A stretch of 64,000 nucleotides of DNA from Eledone cirrhosa (GCA_964016885.1 OZ024740.1:400830001-400894000), one strand, 5' to 3'. Shown: positions 28,669 through 42,990, numbered from the stretch's first letter. Made by a program: numbers and translations. Notes: a model not told the origin generated them from the letters alone.

Positions 28669-29805
28669 ATGGAGAGTCGATCTAACAGCACTAGGGTTAG
28701 AGCCCTTAATTACACTGTCAAGGGGCAGCCTGGTCGTTATGACTCTGCTGGCTTAGAGCCACAGAGAGGACCAGTGGATGATGGATCAGCTGTCTCTGAG
28801 ACAAATATAAAGAATGCAGTTTTGTCCTGCAGAAGAGCCATCAAAATGGGCACTTTGAATGTGAGGACTATTCGGACGCTGGAGAAGAGAGGAGTTGGGA
28901 CATCTGTTCGAGGAGAGTGGTATACAGATACTTGCGATCCAAGAACACAGGATTCTACACGATGAGCCCGTGAGGAGTGTGATGATCGGGAAGAGGAGCC
29001 AGCTCATCACTACATCGGCAGTGAAGAACACAACAAATGCTGCAGTAGGAGGAGTGGGTTTTGTGTTCAGTGCAAAAACCAATCTGTTGGTGAGGGAAAT
29101 AATGCCTATCTCCCCGCGAGTGTTGAGGGTGACCTTCAATGGAAACCCAAGACTGACAGTCATCTCAGCCTATAGTCCAACCGAGGGGGACAGTGATGTG
29201 AATGCGGAAGAGTTCCATGAGGAGGTGTGTAGAGCTGTCAACACCACTCAGGCACACAATATCCTGCTTGTTTTGGGGGACTTCAATGCACATCTGAGTA
29301 AGGAGGGCAGTGAAGATCCTTGCTGGTACTTCCATAACAACACCAACCGAAATGGAAGACTACTGAGAGACACCCTGCTGGAGGCGAACTTGATGGCGAC
29401 CAACCTAAGGTTTAGGAAGAATCTGGGGAAGATGTGGACCTACATCTCAGATATGCACCTGTCCAAGTCCCAGATTGATTTCATTCTGGTGAGGAAAAAG
29501 TGGCGGAATAGTGTTCTGAACACGGAACAATACAGCTATTTCAGTACACTGGGTAGTGTCCACCGGCTTGTTATGAGTGAGGTCCGCGTGAGCTTAAGAA
29601 AGAGCAAGGCTCAGCCCCGGAGAACAATCTATGACTGGGGAGCTTTCAAGGAAGATGATAAGCTACAGGAGAGGTTCACAGTGGAAGTGAGAAACCGGTT
29701 TAGTGCTCTGTGTGGAGAGTCAGAGGAGAGAGAGATTGGATGGACTGAGGAGAGTGTGACGAGGAGGTACGGGCTCTTCACCAATGCAGTGGCGGAAGCA
29801 AGTGA
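28669..29805 (+). pseudogene. RTE apurinic-like endonuclease region, one frameshift near 28890
   Basis: ORFs 28630-28965 and 28895-29968; the latter reads into TA repeats after ...AVAEASE. Confidence 0.9.
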
Positions 29806-29821
29806 ATATATATATATATAT

Positions 29822-29871
<50 letters not shown>

Positions 29872-29899
29872 CGAAGGAATAGTGGCAAGGAACCATTTT

Positions 29900-30668
29900 G
29901 TAAAAAAGCTATACTTGAGCACGTGCGTAAGCATGAGTTTGTGTGTGTGTTATTATACGTCCGTATGAAGCTAAGAAGAAATGTCGGTGTATATGTGACA
30001 AAAAGAGTGTGTGTGCATGTCAGTACGAAGTATGAGCAAAGAGAAAGCGATAGGAATCTAGGGGTATGATAATGGACGGGGTATTAGAGAAATTAGAGAG
30101 GTAAATTGAGTCCAAGAGGGGAATAGGACCCAAGACGGTGAATCAGACTTTGTTCAGTCCTGGTGCGCGAGGCCTGTGATCCATGATGTAAAAGGACAAC
30201 CAGGACTGAAACATGTAGGGAAGAATGACCAGGAGAACAGAAATGACAGGTGACAGGAGTATCCAAACCGAGTCGTATGTCCCTCAAATGTTCGGCAAAA
30301 CGGTCCGCCATACGGCGTCCCGTTTATCCGATATATAAAGACCCGCAAAGGGAATACCGGAGGGCATAGACAACGTGGGTGGATGTGCAGGTGAAGGAAT
30401 AGCGGATACGGAAAGACCCGTTAGGGCATGTAAGAGTGATGAGGGTGGAAATAAAGGGACAAGTGTTGCAGCGGGAACGGGAACAAGGATGAGAGCCGGG
30501 TGGGAGAGGACGAAAAAACTGCGAACCAGGATTCGCGGAGGTTTCGGGCGCGCTTAAAAGTAGTAATGGGTGGGTTTGGAAAAAAGCGACAAGTGACGGG
30601 ATCAGAAGAGAGGATACGGAAGGAATGTCGCCGGAGTGGTTGGGTGATGTAGTGGTGGGTGAGAGGGA
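29900..30668 (-). mobile_element. Penelope-like element fragment (Neptune-type GIY-YIG endonuclease), 5'-truncated
   Basis: [14 protein letters not shown] / [13 protein letters not shown]...[39 protein letters not shown]...PVTCHF...EQSLIHRLGSYSPLGLN. Confidence 0.9.
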
Positions 30669-30744
30669 AATATATATATATATATACATATATATATACA
30701 TACACACACACATATATATATTTATATATGTATGTATATATATG

Positions 30745-30776
<32 letters not shown>

Positions 30777-30812
30777 GATATAGATATATATATGTATATA
30801 TATAGATATATA

Positions 30813-32052
30813 TCATTATCTATAAAAGGCAGATTGTTGTTGTTGTGTGTGTGTGTGTGCATGTTCCATGTTTATACATTTGCACAGTTTCAAACCGATT
30901 CGACTCAAAGTCTGTAAGAATGTTGAAAATGGTCTAACTTAGTTCACCGAATATTTATTTCATTCATACTCGCCCACAATTACGGAAATAATCGAAAAAA
31001 CTAAATACAAGACGCTTTACCCCTCTAATACAATCATATTATCTCTCTACTCCCCTTAAACTTTAAGATAGAGAGAGAGAGTGAGAGGGAGAGAGAGAGA
31101 GATAACGTTTGTTTGAGTGTGGAACGGTCAAACATTTATTTACTTCAATGACAAAGAGAACTTATTACATTTCATACGAAACAACAATTATTCAAAAGCA
31201 ACAGATAAATTTATTCAACAACAAAATAAATAGCGATAAATCTTTTTTAAAACATCTATCAACGAACGTGGAAGAAAGAAGTATCAGTTCATTTACTATA
31301 CACAATAATATCCCCTATGAGGTCACTAAACCTGCTAGAATCAGCAGCTAACTCTCCCCCATATCACACCACTCCCTACTGTCTTAAATTTAGAAAACAT
31401 ATCCTCTATGAAGTCAATAAACCTGCTAGAAACAGCAGTTAACTCTCACCCATATTCAAAAGCAACAGATACATTTATTCAACAACAAAAATAATAGCGA
31501 TAAATCTCTTTTAAAACATCTATCAACGTACGTGGAAGAAAGAAGTATCAGTTCATTTACTATACACAATAATCTCCTCTGTGTGGTCACTAAACCTGCT
31601 AGAAACAGCAGCTAACTCTCCCCCATATCACACCGCTCCCTACTGTCTTAAATTTAGAAAACATATCCTCTATGAGGTCACTAAACCTGCTAGAAACAGC
31701 AGCTAGCTCTCCCCCATATCACACCCCTCCCTACTTTCTTAAATTTAGAAAACACACATTAGACAACCATGCAGAACAGCTCCATCGCAGCTCTGTTGTA
31801 CGGCTGGCATCGTCTACGCGCGTGTTGCGCAAGTACTGTGAAACAATACATTTCAACACTTCTTTGCACAGAGATAATATCCATAGGCGAAACTACAATT
31901 GTCACTGCTGGCGCAGCTCCTGCTTCGGCAGCCTAGGTCTGCAATTCATTCACCCAGTGCCTGGCAGACAAAAAAGTGCTGCCATAAAATGGGTGGTGCA
32001 ACATAACTTTGGTAACTTACTGACCCCGAGCAACGCCGGGCTTTAATGCTAG
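30813..32052 (+). mobile_element. Non-autonomous Helitron
   Basis: 5' A|TCATTATCTATAAAAG; subterminal hairpin CCCGAGCAACGCCGGG (32025-32040); 3' CTAG|T. Internal tandem duplications at 31190-31755. Confidence 0.78.
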
Positions 32053-32059
32053 TCTATTA

Positions 32060-32420
32060 TAAAATGACTTGAGGGCGGTCGACCGAACTAGAAACTGCTA
32101 AATGGGTTCCCGCCTCCTTGTCCCTCTGCCTTTTCAGCTACATGGATTATATTCTTTTGTTAAATTTCGAATACCTGATGATGTCAACGGTTTCATACTG
32201 AACCCGGTCATTGAAATGTTCATAGTATAATAAACCTTTAAAGAATTACACCAGTCCAGCCTCCTGTTGTTTTATAATAATTAACTCCGTACTCGCACCA
32301 CCAACAACACAAACGTAGGCGGGTGAGTTGCATTGTGTCGAGTGCTCTCCCTAATATTACATCGAGGTTGACCATACGGAATAACTAGTTCTATCCAGTA
32401 GTGATACAACAAACATAAAT
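32060..32420 (+). mobile_element. Diverged solo copy of hammerhead family F pLTR
   Basis: Aligns with 61270-61552; ends in (TA)n. Confidence 0.78.
32171..32228 (+). ncRNA. Type I hammerhead ribozyme, family F (diverged)
   Basis: ATAC-CTGATGA-...-GAAA-TGTTCA-TA^GTAT. Confidence 0.65.
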
Positions 32421-32515
32421 AGATATATATATATATATGTATGTATATATATATATGTATATATGTATATATGTATATATTTATATATATCTATGTATGT
32501 AGATTTATATATACA

Positions 32516-32592
<77 letters not shown>

Positions 32593-32596
<4 letters not shown>

Positions 32597-33293
32597 GGAA
32601 AAGTGAAACGAAATTTCATTTCCCAATCATAGTACGGCTGTTACTTAAATATAAGTATGTACACATACATACATATATGTATACATACGTACAGTAGTAT
32701 GTATATATATATACATACATGCACACATATATATATATGTATGTATGGATTCACCGAACATTTATTATAATGCTCGGTGTGTTTGTAAACAAACATCCCG
32801 TATTAAGCCGTAGTGTCCAGTAACCATCGTTGCTCGTTTGTTCAACACTGACAAAGGAACGCTGTACTAGTTTCGTCAGCAACGTATACCTTCCTGCCAG
32901 ATTTTTGAACATATATACTTACCTTATGCATATTAACGGCTGAGTAGCCCAATTTGCATATCGAGTGGGTTAATCGGCCGGGTGCACCGAAAACAATAAA
33001 CGGAAAAAATGAAACGATATTTCATTTCCCACTCCTAGTACGGCTGTTACTTAAATATAAGTATGTACACGTACATACATATATGTATACAGACGTACAG
33101 TAGTATGTATATATATATATATATATATATACATACATGCACACATATATATATATGTACGTATGGATTCACCGAACATTTATTATAATGCTTAGTGTGG
33201 TTGTAAACAAACATCCCGTATTAAGCCGTAGTGTCCAGCAACCACCGTTGCTCGTTGTTCAACACTGACAAAGGAACGCTGTATTAGTTTCAA
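32593..33293 (-). mobile_element. Second tandem array of family B (1.7 units); ribozymes broken
   Basis: Same monomer as 7974-8870. Stem II is deleted at 32859-32885, and the second unit is truncated inside the ribozyme. Confidence 0.88.
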
Positions 33294-33357
33294 AAAATAA
33301 GACACATGTATACGTGTCTGAGTGTATGTATGTATAAACATACGCACGTACACACAC

Positions 33358-33407
<50 letters not shown>

Positions 33408-34054
33408 GTATGTATGTGTGTGTGTGTGTGTGTCTGTGTACGTGCATATTTTTATACAGACATACACTCAGACACGTATACATGTGTCTTATGTCTTCTC
33501 CAACTTTATGCCATAACGTCTGCAAAAGACAAACAAATAGATAAAATAATTAATGTAATAATCGTTCCAGTTTTACATTTGATACAACTTTGACCAGAAA
33601 TTTTCATAAGGAACAACGATACAGAACCGAAGCACAAAGAAGTAATATATATATATTTGAAAACAATACTGTTATATTTCTATGTATTTCAATTGAAGAC
33701 CACCCAAGAAAGTCTTCAGAGACTGAAAGGCGGACAGACGAAAGACAATGTTCTGTTATTTCGTTTCGCCGGATTCATTTTCTAACTCACTTTGTTCTTC
33801 TTTATCAAATCCATTTTATGTATAGACTGAAGATTAAACGAAATTAATTTAGAAGTGAGACGTTAATTTGTTTCATTTTGATCTTTATATACTTTTTTAA
33901 TCGTTTTTACTATTACAATTTAATGGAACACCCAAACAATATTAACAACTTATAACTACATCAGAATGTACAAATGAATGTGTATGCGTATGTATGTGTA
34001 AACGTTTGTATATATATATATATATATATATATATAAGTATATATATATATATG

Positions 34055-34149
<95 letters not shown>

Positions 34150-34564
34150 GATTACACATACACACACACACACGCACATACACACATACACATAAACATA
34201 TATATATATATATATATGATTATACATACATATATACATCTACGTGTTAGTGTGTGCGTATGTTTAGCGTACGCACACAGACACAGAAATATAATGAAAA
34301 AGGATGTTGGCACATTTTCAAATGCACACACGCGCACACACACATATATATATGTATATATATATAGATATATATACATATACATATATACACATATATA
34401 TATACACATATATATATATATGCACATACATATACATATATATATACGTGTGTGTGAATGTGTGTGTGTGTGTAAGTATGTATATATATATATATATATA
34501 TGTATGTATATATTTATATATATATACCTATAAATATATATATATATATATATTTATAGGTATA

Positions 34565-34709
<145 letters not shown>

Positions 34710-34749
34710 CATGTGTGTGTATATATATATATCTGTATATGTATATATG

Positions 34750-34783
<34 letters not shown>

Positions 34784-35003
34784 AATATATATATATAAAT
34801 ATATAATAAATACAATATCGGAGAAAGCTTTTTAGCGATACTCCGGCCAAATTCCAACTCACTCAACAAACATTAGGAAATAAGTGATTATATTCCCAAA
34901 TATGCGTTCGGGGTGCTAACTAAAAGTATTGCGTGGAAAATTGGCTGTATTATTTATATATATATATATATACATATATACATATACACACATATATATA
35001 TAT

Positions 35004-35038
<35 letters not shown>

Positions 35039-35131
35039 CATATATAGATATATATTCATATATATACATATATACATGTATATACATATATATATATATA
35101 TATATACATATATACATATATACATATATAC

Positions 35132-35164
<33 letters not shown>

Positions 35165-35183
35165 TATATATACATATATATAT

Positions 35184-35234
<51 letters not shown>

Positions 35235-37937
35235 TACACACAGACCCCCCCCCCACACACATATATATATACACACATATATATATATATACTGCACTGA
35301 AAGTATGAGTGAATTGTGAATGCGTTCTTAACCCTACACTGATATAGCTACACATCCGTTCACATTTACATATATGATGATAATATTAATTGTTTATGTT
35401 TATTAATCGTTCCATCATAGATAGTTTGTGTTAGATATAAATGAAAACAGAAGGCAAACATGAATGATAGCAACTATTCTCATTTTCATTTTTTCATTTT
35501 TTATCTCTTGTCTTATCTATATTCATATTATTTCATATGCATTCATTTGTTTATCTAACTGTCTTTTGTATTGCTCTATCTATCTTTCGATCAACTAACG
35601 TGGTTCTACATACACATTTACAGCCATGTATACTTGACGTTATTTGTGTTTTGTTGTTATTTACGCACTAAATCTGCCCAGATCGAGAATATTTGATTAA
35701 ATATATTTTATCAGTAGCCATCGCATCTTTAATTGTATGTAGAACAATGTTGTTCAATGTGTCAATCTATTTTGACGCTAGAAGACCATAGTTTTAGAGA
35801 TACTTTACCCTTATTTCTAGCAGATATAACGTGTACATGTACCGCCTTGATTGCGAGCCCTATAAAAATTATATATTTGAAAGAAGATTTCAAAGAATGC
35901 AGATATTCAACAAAGGCAAACTATTTAAAGCTTTCCAATGGTGAAGTAGAGAAATAAGCTCATAGAAGATATATGCATGTATAATGCTATTGCCATAAAA
36001 CCACACAATTTATGGGTGAATAACAGATTAAACCAAACCCGATATATTAATGTTTGATGACAGATATCTTGGGGGATCAAATGAAGTTCAATTCCGTTAG
36101 GATTCGTAAGTGGAACATACAAATATCGTAATACTGCTGGACAGATATTATGGCGTTTAGGCTTCTAACATAGGTACAAGTACACAAAGCGTCAAAAGGT
36201 AAAAAAGTTGGTTTCATCAGCCTTTTCACTGTTGATTCCAGAAAATCAAGAATTAAAGCTGAATTCAACGGGATTTGAACAAACCCTTTAAAATCATCAG
36301 ACGTACTTTCCTGTTATAAGCACGTAAATAAGGTATAATACACCTACCTACGCCATTTATATCTTTAGAATAGACTAATCTGTTACAAGAATTCAGACTA
36401 AGAGCTTTGTCTGAGGATACCTGTAATCCGTTTTCTGACCAGCACCACGAGATGTCCTGAAGGTCATTTGTAATGGTCCTTCTTTCTGAGGAAACTACAG
36501 CAATCATTTATTCATATACAAAATTGTATACATGCTAAATTGTTCCTGGCATCATTAAAACACATAAATATCATAATGATTTTTAATTAACATAGGCACT
36601 ATGCTACAAATACAAGAAAATGGAATGTTAATCAATACTCGGTTGGTACTTTGTTTTATCTAAAGATGAGCGGTAATGTTGAATCCAGAAAATTATATGA
36701 CTTCCAGTCCATTGAAGCTGATTTCAGTTGAGCTTTAGAGAACAGTTCTATCTACATTGTATTCGCTCAGATCACGCCCAATCGTTGCAGTACACTTTTC
36801 AGATTTATATTTATTATCTGACAAGTCCCTTCCAAGTAATAAATAATCGAGTACAGCCCCTGCCGTAGTCAGATCGTTGGCAACTAAAGAGTTAACCTCA
36901 ACAGACTAGCATTGCAAGGGCAGATAGGATACATGTGTTGGAGAAAAAAACTATCTAGCAATATTATGGAGACTTAGAAATTCTGTGTTACTTTCCGGCG
37001 TGTTGCAAGCGACTGTTGTTAAAGGATGTTCTTGGTCATTTTATGTATCTAAAACATGTGCTAAAAATCCCAATGATCTCGTATTCATGAGACGGCAACC
37101 AAAATATTTATTTTGCTCCTGCTTAACTGTATCATGGAAATAGGGTGGAGAGGATCTGAGAAGCGATGTGCAGGATTTACCTACTGACATTACACTGTCT
37201 GAATTTTATCTAATTTTCCGCAAAGCGAAAATACCATGGGAAGCTGGTAATGCGTGCTGACCTAATGGGCTAGAACCAGGTGTCCACAGAATTATTCCGA
37301 CATAAATAATTTCCTTATAATCCAAGATGGGAAGGACAGAGCTTAGTCGGAGACGGACCAACTTGTAGACAATGCAAAATGAAAATTGCCAGATTCTTTC
37401 CCTGCGAGTAGCTTGGTGAAAATAAGGGACGTTCTATTTTCACTTTGAACACGATGGAAAAATAAAGGAAAAGTCTGATTGGAATATAAATATTTTAGGT
37501 TGGAATGAACAGATCCTGCTTGACTGATAGGTACGTAGACGGCCATTTGGCTATTAAAATGTAAATAAAATGGCGTGTTAGTTTTTAGTTGTTGGCACCG
37601 TGAATTCGAATCCAGGCGATATCAGATTCGACTTGCCTTTTTACAAGTTTCATAATATTAAATATGTCAAGGTCGGAGAAATGGTGGTATCGTTAGAGCA
37701 TTTGAAAATACACTCCAGTCATACTTTTTCGTCTTTGTTTTACAATATGGGTTCAAATTTAGCTGAAGCTTACTTGGACCATGTGTGTCTTTAGTTGAAT
37801 CGCTTCTGTATAGAGTGCTCGGGTCAGTCACTGATTCAATCATTCATTTCTATCCTCCACTTATCTACGTGCCCTGAAATCTTTCATGGACACTGACTAA
37901 GAGTAAGACATATGTGTGTATGTGTGTGTATATATAA

Positions 37938-37978
<41 letters not shown>

Positions 37979-38565
37979 ATATATGTAAATATATATATGT
38001 ATATATGTGTGTGTGTGCATGTGTCTACGCATGTGTGTGTAAATATATTCGTGAGTATAAAAATGCACCATACGTATTTCCGTGTGTGTGTGCTTAAATA
38101 TATTTAAATGTGTTTCTGTGTGTATCTGCGCGAGTATGTATGAAAACACATATATGTATATTGGTACGGATGTTGACACCCCACATGTACAGAGGTATTA
38201 TTTTACTTTCTCTTTCATCACATATATGTATTACATTTACCCACCCAATTTTATATGTTGGCTGTAATAATTCAAATAATTGCTTTCCTAGCCCCATACA
38301 TATCCCACACTACCAACGTTAACCAGAACAGAAACAACACCGAACATAAACATCAAATTTACTATTAACAACATCAACAGTAAGTAACACAACCACTGAT
38401 TTGTATTAATTGTTTTGGGGTGGATTTTTAGCTTGTTTCTTCCTGGTGTCTTGGACACATATGAAAATAATAAAAACCTTATTGGGTGACATTCTAGGAG
38501 AAACAGTCAATCTCACACTCTTACATATAAATTCATACAGACACACATGTGTGATTAGTAATGTA

Positions 38566-38627
<62 letters not shown>

Positions 38628-38646
38628 CACACACATATATAAATAA

Positions 38647-38678
<32 letters not shown>

Positions 38679-38737
38679 TCATATATAGATGTGTGTGCGT
38701 GTATATATATATATATACACACACACACACATATACA

Positions 38738-38788
<51 letters not shown>

Positions 38789-38809
38789 TCATATATAGAT
38801 GTGTGTGCG

Positions 38810-38862
<53 letters not shown>

Positions 38863-39281
38863 AGAGAGAAAGAGACGAAGAGACACAGAGAGAGAGAGAG
38901 AGAGAGGGAAGCAAAGAGAGAGAGAGCGAGTGAGGCTGGGGTAGGTTTAGTAGTAAAGAGAGAAGGAAAGTTATATTTGTAATACGGGAAATGGCTGATG
39001 ATTGTAACTTCACGAGTAGGATTTTCGACATCGTATATCAAAGTTTTTGTCCTTTGTTGTTTTTCTCTTTCTTCCTTTTTGACCTCTTACATACGATCAA
39101 CGTGTTAGATTTACTAAATATGTTCAACATTAGTTGTGGTATAATATATATATATATATATATAAATGAAAAGTATAGAAATTATTGTAGCAAGAAGCCA
39201 ACAGTATTCCATAATATATGTATATATATATATATTATATAAATATACATATATATATATATATACATACATATATATATG

Positions 39282-39342
<61 letters not shown>

Positions 39343-39343
<1 letters not shown>

Positions 39344-39516
39344 GCTTCCAAAAATAATGGTTGCATCTAATAGGGTACGTCAAAATTATTTATAAAACTG
39401 TTTATATATTGTATTTTGTTTGATGAAGGCATACCATATTTTAATTTGGTATCCCTGAAATATGTATAATGAAATAAATATGGTTTTATAAATATAGTTT
39501 CCATTTATTTAATATC

Positions 39517-39518
<2 letters not shown>
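39343..39518 (+). mobile_element. Family A copy; hammerhead core mutated (TTGATGA) at 39412-39476
   Basis: Aligns with 7765-7940 and 50960-51128; lies between TA tracts. Confidence 0.78.
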
Positions 39519-39579
<61 letters not shown>

Positions 39580-39913
39580 CATATATACATATATACATAT
39601 ATACATACATACATGCGCGTAAATGAGTGTATTTACGCGTGTTTCCGGCGTAGAACTAGGGTTCGAACCAGCAGAGAAAAGTACCAGTGTACCAGTTTCC
39701 TTTCTTCCTTTATTCGCTCAAGGGACAAGTTCTTCACGCACCAAAAACTTTTGTCACTTTAATGGCTTGAAGCTGGATTCCATTTTGGTATAGTCTCAAA
39801 CGGAAGCAATTCCTCAACCAGTTGGAATCATTCATTTACTTAAGACTTCACGCCCGGTAGGAAATCATTTATTATTATTACCAATATTATTATTATCATT
39901 ATTATTATTATTA

Positions 39914-42008
39914 GGGCGGTGGATTGGCAGTATCGGTAGAGGGTCGGACGCCATGCTATGCAGCACAGAGTTACGGCTCTTTATGATCTGAGCTCAAATC
40001 CCGCCGAGGTTTATTTTACCTTTCATCCTTACGGGGTCGATAAAATAAAGTACCAGTCACGCACTGGGGTTGATTTAATCGAATTCCCCCTCCCCCAAAT
40101 TACTGGCCTTAGGTCTATATAAGAAACCATTATTATTATTATTAGGGCGGTTGATTGGCTGTATCGGTAAAGGGTCGGACGCCATGCTTTACCGCATAGA
40201 GTTACGGTCCTTTATGTTCTGAGTTCAAATTGTGCCGAGGTTTATTTTACCTTTCATCCTTATGGGGTCGATAAAATAAAGTACCAGTCACGCACTGGGG
40301 TCGATTTAATCAACTTTCTCCTCTCCCAAAATTGATGGCCTTGTGCCTATGTAAGACACAATTATTATTATTATTAGAGTTAAGGCCCTTTACATTTTGA
40401 GTTCAAATATCGCTGAAGTTAGTTTTTCCTTTAATCCTTACGAGGTGAATGAAATAAAGTACCAGTAATGCACTGGGTCGATTTTAATCGACTTGCTCCT
40501 AACCTTCAATTTACTCGCCATGTTCCTAGTGTAGAAACAATTATTATAGGGCGGTGGTTGGCAGAATCGGTAGATTATCGGACAACATACTTTGTGGCTT
40601 AGAGTTATGGCCCTTTGTGTTCTGAGTTTAAATCCCGCCAAGGTTAGCTTCGACTTTCATCATCACGGAGTCCATAAAATAAAGTACCAGTAATGCACTG
40701 GAGTTGTTTTAATCGACTTTCCCCTTCCCTTCAAATTGCTGGGCTTGTGCCTAAATCAGAAATCATTATTATTGTGAATTGGCAGTATCGGTAGAGGGTA
40801 GGACACCATGCTTTGTCGCATAGAGTTACGGCCCTTGCCATTCTGAGTTCAAATCCCGCCGAGGTTAACTTTGCCTTTCATCCTTACGGAGTCGATAAAA
40901 TAAAGTACCAGTAATACACTGGGTTAATTGCTGGCCTTGTGCCTAAAGTAGAAACAATTATTATACTTGGATTGGAAGTATCGATAGAGTGTAGGACGCC
41001 TTGCTTTGCAGCAAAGAGTTACGGCCCTTGCCATTCTGAGTTCAACACGCTCCGAGGTTAACTTTGCCTTTCATCCTTATGGGGTCGATAAATTAAAGTA
41101 CCAGTAATACACTGGAATAATTGCTGGCCTTGTTCTAAAAGTAGAAACAATTAATATTATTATAGTTACGACCCTTACATTCTGAGTTCAAATCCGACCG
41201 AGGTTATATTAACCTTACATCTTCACGGGATCGATAAAATAAAGCACCAGCAATGTACTGGGGTCAGTTTTAATCTGCTTTCCTCTACCCTTAAATTACT
41301 GGCCTTGTTCCTATACTAGAAATCATTATTATTATTATTATTTGAGAATTGAATTATACAAATTTGTAGAGCGTCTGAAAAATTGTCTTGCGATATTTAG
41401 TTACAGACTTTGCATTTCGATTTCGATTCCCGTTGAGATTGACTTTACACTAGGGTCGATATAATCAACTTTCCCTTCTCCCTTATATTGCGAGCCATGT
41501 GCCAAAATCAAAAGCCTCTATCCTTTTTCTTTTTACTGGTTTCAATGATGAGTTTCTAGCCATCTTGGGATACCGTCTTATAACTTGGATAACCATTTGG
41601 ATGTTGAATTGTATAAATTGGCAGTGGTTCAGAAAAAGTGACTTGCGGTATTTTGTTAATGTTATTTTAATAGAAGTTGTTTTCCTCCATCCATGTTTAA
41701 AAAATAGATTAACAGTAAAAAAATGGGACGATTTTCTTCTTCCCCTATGATGCTGGTTATGTGCCTAAATTAGAATTCGTTAATATTATTAAGACACAAT
41801 TAATGGGCGGTGGATTGGCAGTATCGGTAGAGGATCGGACGCCATGCTTTTCAGCATAGAGTTACGGCCCTTTATAATCTGAGTTCAAATCCCGCCAAGG
41901 TTAACTTTGCCTTTCATCCTCACGGGGTCGATAAAATAAAGTAACAGTCACGCACTGGGATCGATTTACTCGACTTTCTCCTCCCCCCAAATTGCTGGCC
42001 ATGTGCCA
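39914..42008 (+). mobile_element. Head-to-tail array of about 9 co-oriented tRNA-derived SINEs
   Basis: Units at ~39914, 40145, 40377, 40548, 40775, 40968, 41164, 41345 and 41805, joined through (ATT)n tails. Confidence 0.9.
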
Positions 42009-42446
42009 CCAAGATTTTTTTGCTTAATGAATACTCGTCATATACGTCGGTACTTCACTCTCAGTTGATTTTCTGAAACTAGATTTTCTTTGAGTACTCT
42101 GTCTGTAATTCACGTTCAAATCCCATTTGGTTCAACACTGCCCGTTATTCTTCATGATTAAGTAAATAATTCAATGTACTAGGGCAGTTAGGATGTTGTA
42201 CCATATTAACGAAACGAAAAAAAATCTGGTCTCTCGGAGCCAGGTAAAAGTGGTGATAGTATTGGGCTGCTGTCCTAAAGTGTCGAGGGTTTCATCTGAT
42301 TATTCAACCCATGTCAGCATATTCATTTTTAGTTATATATATATATATATATATCAATCAGTCAATATTCATTATTTAAAATGAAATTATAGACCACAGA
42401 GAAATGTGTACACACACACACACATATACACACACACAGACGCACA

Positions 42447-42577
<131 letters not shown>

Positions 42578-42589
42578 AGGTTGTAACAA

Positions 42590-42990
42590 GTAAATTGGGA
42601 CGAGTCTGAAACGGGTATATTTCTAATTGTATAGATTTTGTTGGAGCTTCTTTATTTTAGATTGAACAAATTATGAATGTTAATAAAGAATTAAACCGTA
42701 GAAGTATAATTGCCGAATTACTCCTCGCCCGCAAATGTGCTAGGGAGATTGTTAGAGCCACTTATATGCGAAATCTACTGGTTTTAGAGTTGTAATCAAT
42801 TTAAAGAAAAGTCAGGATGTTCAGAGAAAGTATCAGAGTCCTCACAGTGACCCAAAACGCACACCTCACTTTTTAGCGGGAATTAAATTATCGAATGAGT
42901 CAGCGCCCTGGCCGAGGACCAGACCAACGATTGGGAATCTTCAAATCAAGCTTCAATCTCTCTGCGCGTGACGCCATGATAAACTTAACA
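42590..42990 (+). mobile_element. Tc1/mariner (maT/rosa-like) transposase N-terminal remnant
   Basis: From ATG 42673: MNVNKELNRRSIIAELLLARKCAREIVRAT, frameshift, AKSTGFRVVINLKKSQDVQRKYQSPHSDPKRTPHFLAGIK (HTH plus RK...SD.KRTP.FL). Boundaries are approximate. Confidence 0.65.

Larger units (their letters stand above)
26504..29805. mobile_element. Essentially full-length RTE-superfamily LINE with inverted 5' part
   Basis: 26504-28460 on minus: RT (NNYRGISLTS, FIDFRKAFDSV, GVLQGDTLAPYLF, EFANDI). 28456-29805 on plus: 5' UTR and APE endonuclease (GTLNVRT, AIQEHR, SAYSPT, LGDFNA, SQIDFIL). TA tracts on both sides. Confidence 0.93.

Noticed and set aside
36660-37260. Minus frame of ~200 codons with only TAA/TAG stops (ciliate-type code) and several 25-27-nt GT-AG segments
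   Set aside because: Rough expectation for this base composition gives similar counts by chance once six frames are considered; no recognisable protein.
37310-37370. FPYNPRWEG resembling the BRE/BABAM2 C-terminal YPYSPRWDG motif
   Set aside because: Short match preceded by a stop, needs a frameshift to extend, and upstream frames show no similarity.
39914-40010. tRNA genes at SINE heads
   Set aside because: A and B boxes are present, but I cannot fold a cloverleaf and each continues into the SINE body.
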